A DNA stretch of 24,188 bases from a virus (lineage: Duplodnaviria > Caudoviricetes): IMG/VR virus record IMGVR_UViG_3300027833_000218, positions 1 to 24,188 of that record, one strand, 5' to 3'. Both the position numbers and the translations under genes were made by a program. A model generated the notes under the pieces. The model worked only from the letters and a program-made list of their open reading frames with translations, did not search any database and had not been told where the DNA came from. Of the stretch, positions 17,150 through 24,188 are shown in pieces; position 1 is the stretch's first letter, and each line of letters begins with the position of its first letter.

Positions 17150-18256
17150 ATGGGACTATTAACTGAAACAAATGCGCAATATTATTCTGGTCAACAAGCT
17201 TTTATAGGCGATGGTGTTAATACAGTATTTACATGTACGTTTAATACTGAACTTACTGCTACTAATTTTACAGTAAAAGTAAACAACGCAGCGCCAGGTG
17301 CATTTACATTTGTAGGTAATGTTATAACTTTTGCTGTTGCGCCAGCTAATCTAGCCACTGTAGTAGTACAACTAAATCAAGCAGCTATAGATAGTAATCA
17401 TGGTAATTATGAATATATAAGCTTAAATGACATTATAAATAACTTTATTGTAGCTTATATTGGCGTAGGTAAGTTAATACCAAATGCAAAAAGAACTGAT
17501 ATAATGTTTCACGCTAAAAGAGGTTTACAAGAATTTAGTTATGATACGCTAAGAAGCATGAAGTCTCAAGAATTAACTATACCACCTAGTCTTTCTTTGA
17601 TAATACCTCAAGACTATGTTAATTATGTTAATTTATCTTGGGTTGATGCAGCAGGTGTTAAACATATAATATATCCAACTACATTAACTTCTAATCCAAC
17701 TGAGCTGCTTATACAAGATGGATCTGGTGTGCCAACTCAAAACGTCGATGGAGGCAATAATTTAGCTGAGCAATCAGAAACTGAAGAAAGATGGGCTAAT
17801 AATAACTCGTTAAATTTAACAGGTGAGATAACTAATGAAATATTTGAAACAGCTAATGTATATAACTGGGGTTGGGATAAGTTAGCTTATGGACAAAGAT
17901 ATGGTTTAGAGCCTGAAGTTTCACAAAAAAATGGTTGGTTTACTATAAATGAAAGAACAGGATCTTTTAATTTCTCTAGTGATTTAGCAAATAAATTAAT
18001 AATACTAGAATACATATCAGATGGCTTAGCAGTTGATGCAGATACTAGAGTACCTAAAATGGCAGAACAAGCAATGTACATGCATATAGCGTATTCAATA
18101 CTATCTGGTAGAGCTAATATTCCTGAGTATATTATAAACAGATTTAAAAGAGATAGATCTAGTGCACTTAGAAATGCTAAAATAAGATTATCTAATATAA
18201 AATTAAATGAATTCACTCAAATAATGCGTGGTAAATCTAAATGGATTAAACATTAA
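17150..18256 (+). CDS. Second tail ring/tubular protein
   Basis: FHAKRGLQEFSYD, IPQDYVNYV.LSW, IILEYISDG, VPKMAE.A, ALRNAKIRLS; P.DY and LEY..DG are typical of P22 gp4/T7 gp11-like ring proteins. Confidence 0.7.
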   Translation: MGLLTETNAQYYSGQQAFIGDGVNTVFTCTFNTELTATNFTVKVNNAAPGAFTFVGNVITFAVAPANLATVVVQLNQAAIDSNHGNYEYISLNDIINNFIVAYIGVGKLIPNAKRTDIMFHAKRGLQEFSYDTLRSMKSQELTIPPSLSLIIPQDYVNYVNLSWVDAAGVKHIIYPTTLTSNPTELLIQDGSGVPTQNVDGGNNLAEQSETEERWANNNSLNLTGEITNEIFETANVYNWGWDKLAYGQRYGLEPEVSQKNGWFTINERTGSFNFSSDLANKLIILEYISDGLAVDADTRVPKMAEQAMYMHIAYSILSGRANIPEYIINRFKRDRSSALRNAKIRLSNIKLNEFTQIMRGKSKWIKH

Positions 18257-18258
18257 TT

Positions 18259-21200
18259 ATGCCAGAAATTAAAAACACTTTTCTTAAGTCTAAAATGAAT
18301 AAAGACTTAGAGGCTAGAATAATGCCTAATGGTGAATATAGAGATGCTCAAAATGCTAGTGTTAGTGCTTCTGAAGATGCTAGTGTAGGATCTTTAGAAA
18401 ATATTAGAGGTAATAAGTTATTAACTAATTTTGGTTTAACTGATTTTAATTTAGAAATAATAGGACAATATTCTGATTTAGCTAATAATAGAATATTTTT
18501 CTTTTTAACTAACTACACAGACGCCTCAACAGACAGCTTAAGCAATTTAGCTATTGAAAATAAAACAGCTAATGAACCGGGGTATGTTTTTGATAGAAAT
18601 GGAGGAGCTAATTACATATGTTATTGTCAACTACCTAACGTGTCTAGTTCTTCTGAGATAAGTATTAGCAACATTAATTTTAGCGTTTTACTTACTGGAA
18701 CTTTTTTAAATTTTTCTAAAACTCACCCTATCTGTGGAGTTAACATGATTGAAAATTTATTATTTTGGACAGATAATAGAAATCAACCTAGAAAAATAAA
18801 CGTAGATAACGCTATTGCCAACCCGTTAGTTTACTACACTAACGAAGATCACGTATCTGTGGCCAAGTATGCTCCATACAAATCTATATCTTTTTTAAAA
18901 AATACAACAGGCGTAGTTAAATCTACTTTAAAAAACGAAGTAGATGAATGGTTAGCACCTTTTTTTGGAGCGCCAGGTCAAATACTACAAGGCTCTGTAG
19001 GCACAGCTGATACATTAGTTTTTGATGAAGAGACTAGTGGAACCAATTTAGCTTACACTAATGTAGCAAATCACTTAGGTGGTGATATTCCAACAAAACC
19101 TATAAGAGTTAAAAGCGCAGACGATTCTGAAAATATTTTTGCTTATGTACAAAACATAGACGTATCAACAGTGCCAGCTAAAGTTTTTTTAAAGAAAAAT
19201 ATATCAGGTACTCCTGTTCCTGTTTTAGATATAGAAACTGAGCTAGGTTGGAGTAATGGAACTTTTCTTTTTGAAATTCAAAACCCGGACTATAACTCAG
19301 CTTTTAAAGGTGATAAAAAGCTTTTAGAAGATAAATTTGTTAGATTTAGCTATAGATTTAAGTATGATGATAATGAATACTCTTTAACAGCTCCATTTAC
19401 TCAACATGCTTTTATACCAAAACAATATGGGTATTTTATACAAGGTGACGACGAAAGAACAAAAGAGTCTAGTATAGTAAGTTTTATGGAAAATCAAGTA
19501 ACTACAGCTGGTTTAGTTATAGATTTACCATATAAAAGCAGCGAACTTGCTGATAAGTTGAAAGTAAGTGAAATACAATTGCTATATAAAGCTTCAGACG
19601 ATTTAAATGTTAAAGTAATAGCAGATGTAAAAGTTAGCAACCTAACAGGTTCACCTAGTACTATGACTTTGAAAGTTGCTGGAGATAATTACACAACTGG
19701 AACTTTGCTAGACAAAACCACTACAGGTGGTAGTGGATCAGGATTAACAGTTGATCTTGTTGTAGATGGAGCTGGTAGATCAACTTCTGCTACTGTTAAT
19801 AAAACTGGAGAAGGTTATAAAGTTGGAGATGTAGTTAGTATACCTAACCCGCTAGGTACTGATGCAGAATATACTGTAACGTCTTTAAATTCTACATATA
19901 TATACAACTATAGCTCTGAAAAGCCTATAAAAGTTTTAACCGATGAAGAAGTCACAAGAGTTAGTGATATAGTTCCTATGAGAGCTCAAACTCAAGAGGT
20001 AGTTGGAAATAGAGTTGTTTATGGTAATTTTTTGCAAAATAACGAAACTCCTCTTAGTTTAGAATACTCTTTAGGTACTGTTAAAAAAGGTGATACAACT
20101 TTAAATACTAATAAAGAGTTTTTAAACAATACTTTAAAACAAGGCAGATCTTACCAAGTTGGTATAGTTCTTCAAGATAGATATGGTAGAGCTTCTAATG
20201 TTATAATTAATGATAATAGTTCTTCTCTTAGTCTTAATTCTACAATATTTAATGGATACACTGGAGGCGGCACAGATACTTTGTCTTGGCCAGGTGATTC
20301 TCTTCAAATATCTTTTGCAGAAAAAATACCAGAATTAAAAACCTCAACATATAATGGAACATGGGTTGAAGGTACAAATCCTTTAGGCTGGTACACATAT
20401 AAAATTGTAGTTAAACAACAAGAGCAAGATTACTATAATATTTACGTTCCAGGAGCTTTAAGTGGTAATATAATATATACTAAAAACGATGCAGTAACAG
20501 CTAGTAATGTTAAAGGTTTATTATATTCTCAGACAGGTGAAATTGCTAGTATAGCTTTATTTAACGACAATATAAATAAAATACCAAGAGATTTAAAAGA
20601 AGTTGGGCCTACAGACGAAATATATGGATCTAGTGTAGTTCTTTATAATAGAGTTAAGCAAACGCATGCGGACGTTAAAGACGGGTCGACTCCTCCAGTA
20701 GTTACAATACCTACAATAAGCGAGCAAAACTTAACAGTATCTAAGCAAGAGGTTACAACTATTAGACCTTTTTCAGAGCTTGGAGAATGGACAACTAAAA
20801 AGAATTTAGATTTATATTATGTAAATATGAATCCAGATCCTAGTGCTGGTGGTGCATCTCAATATGCAGTAGGAACTTTTATATATCCTGGAGCACAAGG
20901 AGAAGTAGATCCTTTTTTCTTAAAAAATAATAAAAATCCACTAATAGCTACTATAGAAGTAGGTGATAGAATGGGTTTTACAGCAACTTCTCAACAAGAT
21001 CCTAATTGGGATTTTGCACAAAAACTAATGGTTTTTGAAACAGAGCCTTTTAAATCTAATATAGATATATATTATGAAACTTCTTCAGCTGGAACTATAT
21101 CTGAGTTAAACTCTAGTATAAACAGCCAAGGAGATTACAATACTAAAGCTCCAAATAGTTTGTCACCAGTAGTGAGTACTGGGTGGCTAGAAAGCACCTC

Positions 21201-22248
21201 AGTCTCGCAGCCTGTTACTAACGTTTTTCAAATATTAAACTCTGGCGGAACTCCAGTACAAGATTCAACAACTAATATAGTTATAGATAACGTTACAAAT
21301 GGCAATGGTGATCCAGTTTCAAATTCACCATTTGTTATCGATAGAGTTCAAACGCCAATAGCTCCTAGCACTCCTGCAACATTTAGACTTATTTCTTCTT
21401 CTTTTGGTAGAATACCTTATTTGTCAAATTCTCAAGTAAAAAACACTTATAATGTTACATTTAGGCTTTCTGTAGATGGACAACCTGACAAGCAAGTTAC
21501 AGAACAAATTGATTTAAGCAATGTCGCTCCATCGTTAAATAGAGTCTCTGTATCTCAATTTGTTTTTAATCCAGTTTTAAGTAATCCTAATTCAGAGCTG
21601 GTTAATGCATCTACACCTTCTTTTTTAGCATCAACATCTACCACTAGTATATCAGCTTTAGATATTAATAATCCACAGCCTTATGATTCTGCTGTTCCTT
21701 ATAGTGGTGTATATAAATCTTTTTTTACATCAAACGATTATGTAAACGATTATAGTGATAGTTCTTTCTACCAATATAAGTATCCTATATGTACTATATC
21801 TCACTCTACAAACGGTTTTGAAATTGTTCCAACGCCCTATGATGCGTCTAATGATAGTAAAACTTTAACTTATGCTAGCACTAAAAGACTAGAAGGCATG
21901 ACCTTTTCAATTGACTCAGTTGCTAGATATGATGCTTACTTAGATTATGTATTTTTTAATAGTAAATCAAATGCTAAATACTATTACCAAAACAACAGTA
22001 GTTATGTTAGTAAAAAACAAAACTTTGTTTTAGATATTGCCACTACAAATGCTTCAGTTGAATTAAACTTTACTATACCTGGAGGAGGTAAAGTATCTAA
22101 TGGTGATTTACCAAGTAATAGACCTGGTCAAAACCAGTGGAAAGGAGCTTGGCTATACGCTGTTAATTTAATAGCTAATGATGCTAGCGGCACTACTGGA
22201 TCACTACCATCTAATACTTACACTGTACACTTTATAATAACTAGATAA
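18259..22248 (+). CDS. Tail stabilisation/muzzle protein, N-terminal part
   Basis: KMNKDL..R..PNGEYRDAQN, GSLENIRGN, LLFWTDNRNQPRKINV, FVRFSYRFKY.D.EYS, QEVVGNRVVYGNF, YQVGIV..DRYGR, IYYETS, recalled from crAss-type muzzle (P22 gp10-related) proteins. Confidence 0.75.
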   Translation: MPEIKNTFLKSKMNKDLEARIMPNGEYRDAQNASVSASEDASVGSLENIRGNKLLTNFGLTDFNLEIIGQYSDLANNRIFFFLTNYTDASTDSLSNLAIENKTANEPGYVFDRNGGANYICYCQLPNVSSSSEISISNINFSVLLTGTFLNFSKTHPICGVNMIENLLFWTDNRNQPRKINVDNAIANPLVYYTNEDHVSVAKYAPYKSISFLKNTTGVVKSTLKNEVDEWLAPFFGAPGQILQGSVGTADTLVFDEETSGTNLAYTNVANHLGGDIPTKPIRVKSADDSENIFAYVQNIDVSTVPAKVFLKKNISGTPVPVLDIETELGWSNGTFLFEIQNPDYNSAFKGDKKLLEDKFVRFSYRFKYDDNEYSLTAPFTQHAFIPKQYGYFIQGDDERTKESSIVSFMENQVTTAGLVIDLPYKSSELADKLKVSEIQLLYKASDDLNVKVIADVKVSNLTGSPSTMTLKVAGDNYTTGTLLDKTTTGGSGSGLTVDLVVDGAGRSTSATVNKTGEGYKVGDVVSIPNPLGTDAEYTVTSLNSTYIYNYSSEKPIKVLTDEEVTRVSDIVPMRAQTQEVVGNRVVYGNFLQNNETPLSLEYSLGTVKKGDTTLNTNKEFLNNTLKQGRSYQVGIVLQDRYGRASNVIINDNSSSLSLNSTIFNGYTGGGTDTLSWPGDSLQISFAEKIPELKTSTYNGTWVEGTNPLGWYTYKIVVKQQEQDYYNIYVPGALSGNIIYTKNDAVTASNVKGLLYSQTGEIASIALFNDNINKIPRDLKEVGPTDEIYGSSVVLYNRVKQTHADVKDGSTPPVVTIPTISEQNLTVSKQEVTTIRPFSELGEWTTKKNLDLYYVNMNPDPSAGGASQYAVGTFIYPGAQGEVDPFFLKNNKNPLIATIEVGDRMGFTATSQQDPNWDFAQKLMVFETEPFKSNIDIYYETSSAGTISELNSSINSQGDYNTKAPNSLSPVVSTGWLESTSVSQPVTNVFQILNSGGTPVQDSTTNIVIDNVTNGNGDPVSNSPFVIDRVQTPIAPSTPATFRLISSSFGRIPYLSNSQVKNTYNVTFRLSVDGQPDKQVTEQIDLSNVAPSLNRVSVSQFVFNPVLSNPNSELVNASTPSFLASTSTTSISALDINNPQPYDSAVPYSGVYKSFFTSNDYVNDYSDSSFYQYKYPICTISHSTNGFEIVPTPYDASNDSKTLTYASTKRLEGMTFSIDSVARYDAYLDYVFFNSKSNAKYYYQNNSSYVSKKQNFVLDIATTNASVELNFTIPGGGKVSNGDLPSNRPGQNQWKGAWLYAVNLIANDASGTTGSLPSNTYTVHFIITR

Positions 22249-24119
22249 TGGCATTCAACTTAGAGGTAAAATATTACAACTCGTTTTGGTTAAAACAGAT
22301 TACAACTCCTAAAATAACTAACAATGGAAACAGCGGCGCTAATCCAAGTAATCCAAGTTTTGTTAGATTGTTTCCTGGTGTACCTTTTTTAAGTAATGCA
22401 GATGGTTTTCCTAATTGGGCTGGTAGTACAACTTTTTCAACTACAGCTCCTTTTTCAAATGTGTATGAGCAACCATCTGTAGAATATAATGCTGTAAATG
22501 GTTCTCCATGGGTTATTGAAGAATCAAGAATTAGAGGTGGGTATAATAATACTCAAGTTGATTTAGGCGTTAGAGCTTACTTAATGGAAGATTCTAGCAG
22601 CGTTAGATACAGATCTAATGCTTTAGTGTATTCAGGTATTTTTAATTCTAAAACAAATATAAATAGAACTAATGTTTTTTCTGTAGGTGAAGATATAACT
22701 AAAGCTGTTGATCCTCACAATGGCTCAATACAGCTTATCTATGCTATGGATAATAACTTAACGATATTTCAAGAAAATAAAGTTAGTCAAGCATTGATAG
22801 ATAAAGATGCTATATACTCAGCTGAAGGAACACCTGTAAATACTGTTTCAAACGTAGTAATAGGCCAAGTTACTCCTTATACAGGAGAGTATGGAATAAG
22901 TAGAAACCCAGAAAGTTTTGCTCATTTTGGATTCAGAAGATACTTTGCAGATAAAGACCGAAATGCAATTTTAAGGCTGTCTAGAGATGGCATAACTGAA
23001 ATATCACAGTATGGCATGAAAGACTTTTTTAGAGACGAATTAGCTAAACTTTCTGATAGACTACAAGTTAATAGTATATCTTACGTTTTGGATTATCAAT
23101 CTGGAACTGGATTAATAACTCAAGGGCCTCAAGTTTCTCAAGCTGGTGGTGTTGCTATTCCATCTCCAGCTGGACCATGGGTTGCTTTAGTGAATAGAGG
23201 TGAAGATGATTTTAACGATATAACAATTGGTTCTCAAGTTCAAATAAATCTTGATCCTAATAATTCTGGCACTTGGACTACTATAAACTCTTACGTTACT
23301 GGTACTGGTACTGTTGTTATTGGAGGTTCTTCTAAGTTTGCAGTTTATCTAAGCAATGGACCTTTACAAATATATTCTCCAGGAACTACAGCGGTTCCAA
23401 ATATAAGATTTTTATATTATGAAAAAGATAAAGTAGAAGGTGGTTTTGATAATTATAAAGATAATTATACTATTTCTTTACAGAGAAACTCAGGTAGTAA
23501 AACAATAGATGAAACAAGTGATTACTATAGTACGCTTACTTTCAATGAGAGAGTTCAAGGTTGGAATACTTTTTATACATATAGACCTGATCTTATATTT
23601 AGTTTAAAAAATAACTATTTTACAGCTAAAGAAGGTTCTTTGTATATACATTATGACAATTTGGCTAATGCCAATGAGTTTTATGGAGTAACTAGCCAAT
23701 CTTCTATAACGTTTATATTTAATCCAGGACCATCAACAAACAAAAACTTTAAAACTATAAACTACGAAGGTAGCAATGGTTGGCAAGTTGAAAGTTTTGT
23801 AACTGATGCTGCTAATATAATTCCTGATATAGACGAAGATTTAGACAAAACTAACTCTGTAAAAAGCTATGATGAAGGTTTGTATGTTGAAAACGGTATA
23901 CCTTACAGAGCTGGGTTTACACAGAAAGAAAACAAATATTATGCTAACCTAGTAAATAACACTACAGCTGCAAGCGGCGAGGTTGTGTTTGGAGACTCTA
24001 TGACAGGCGTAAAAGGATATTTTGCTACAGTAAAAATGTCAACAGATTTAACTACCAATGTTGGTGGAACTAAAGAAATGTTTGCTGTATCATCGGAATT
24101 TGTAATATCATCAAGATAA
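22248..24119 (+). CDS. Tail stabilisation/muzzle protein, C-terminal part
   Basis: EESRIRGGYN, YSGIFNS.T.IN.TN.F, GSIQ, IFQENKV, GEYGIS.NPESFA, RLSRDGITEIS.YGM.DFFRD, W..FY.Y.P, K.FKTINYEG, KENKYYA; TAATG coupling to the previous gene. Confidence 0.75.
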   Translation: MAFNLEVKYYNSFWLKQITTPKITNNGNSGANPSNPSFVRLFPGVPFLSNADGFPNWAGSTTFSTTAPFSNVYEQPSVEYNAVNGSPWVIEESRIRGGYNNTQVDLGVRAYLMEDSSSVRYRSNALVYSGIFNSKTNINRTNVFSVGEDITKAVDPHNGSIQLIYAMDNNLTIFQENKVSQALIDKDAIYSAEGTPVNTVSNVVIGQVTPYTGEYGISRNPESFAHFGFRRYFADKDRNAILRLSRDGITEISQYGMKDFFRDELAKLSDRLQVNSISYVLDYQSGTGLITQGPQVSQAGGVAIPSPAGPWVALVNRGEDDFNDITIGSQVQINLDPNNSGTWTTINSYVTGTGTVVIGGSSKFAVYLSNGPLQIYSPGTTAVPNIRFLYYEKDKVEGGFDNYKDNYTISLQRNSGSKTIDETSDYYSTLTFNERVQGWNTFYTYRPDLIFSLKNNYFTAKEGSLYIHYDNLANANEFYGVTSQSSITFIFNPGPSTNKNFKTINYEGSNGWQVESFVTDAANIIPDIDEDLDKTNSVKSYDEGLYVENGIPYRAGFTQKENKYYANLVNNTTAASGEVVFGDSMTGVKGYFATVKMSTDLTTNVGGTKEMFAVSSEFVISSR

Positions 24120-24125
24120 AAAATT

Positions 24126-24188
24126 ATGAGTAATATATTTAAAGATTTTGACCTAGTTAAAGGAACTGGAATGAAAGCTGGTATAGCT
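24126..24188 (+). CDS. Start of the next gene, 3'-truncated (MSNIFKDFDLVKGTGMKAGIA...)
   Basis: ATG 6 nt after the previous stop, A-rich leader, frame open to the window end. Confidence 0.55.
   Translation, partial: MSNIFKDFDLVKGTGMKAGIA

Noticed and set aside
1087-18216. Other minus-strand ORFs (1087-1272, 2482-2751, 11223-11471, 13129-13437, 17887-18216)
   Set aside because: Short antisense shadows of well-supported + strand genes.
1-24188. Stop-codon reassignment (TAG or TGA read as sense), known in some crAss-like phages
   Set aside because: Standard code gives near-complete coding density with intact long genes; both split junctions use TAA plus a frame change.
1-24188. tRNA, rRNA, CRISPR array or host-type TAnnTTTG promoter in intergenic DNA
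   Set aside because: Intergenic gaps are at most ~70 nt and are accounted for by terminators and leaders; no such patterns seen.

Overview
The window is a contiguous, AT-rich, entirely + strand virion-morphogenesis block of a tailed dsDNA phage. Gene order and motifs (terminase large subunit, ~800-aa portal, acidic scaffold, ~500-aa major capsid protein, conserved post-capsid protein, two tail-ring proteins, large muzzle/tail-stabilisation protein) resemble crAss-related short-tailed phages of Bacteroidota. The absence of Shine-Dalgarno sites and Flavobacteria-type BspA/Ig adhesin domains point to a probably aquatic flavobacterial host (inference). Upstream lies an accessory block: a partial holin, an RcGTA Rcc01079-like head-spike base, a BspA-LRR/Ig/LamG fibre, a triple-LamG protein, two small acidic proteins and a tandem GroES-like gene. 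The most interesting observation is that the two adhesin genes seem to share one LamG domain split across a stop/start junction, with nested domain closure (four domain openings, and four closing strands all in the second gene). This suggests a two-chain, plug-in capsid adhesin. Other notable points are a Cpn20-like double GroES, (TATTA)n arrays fused to start codons, a split muzzle gene, and the same G-x-G-Y-x-x-G-D domain inserted in two core tail proteins. All family assignments come from visual motif recognition; no searches were run.
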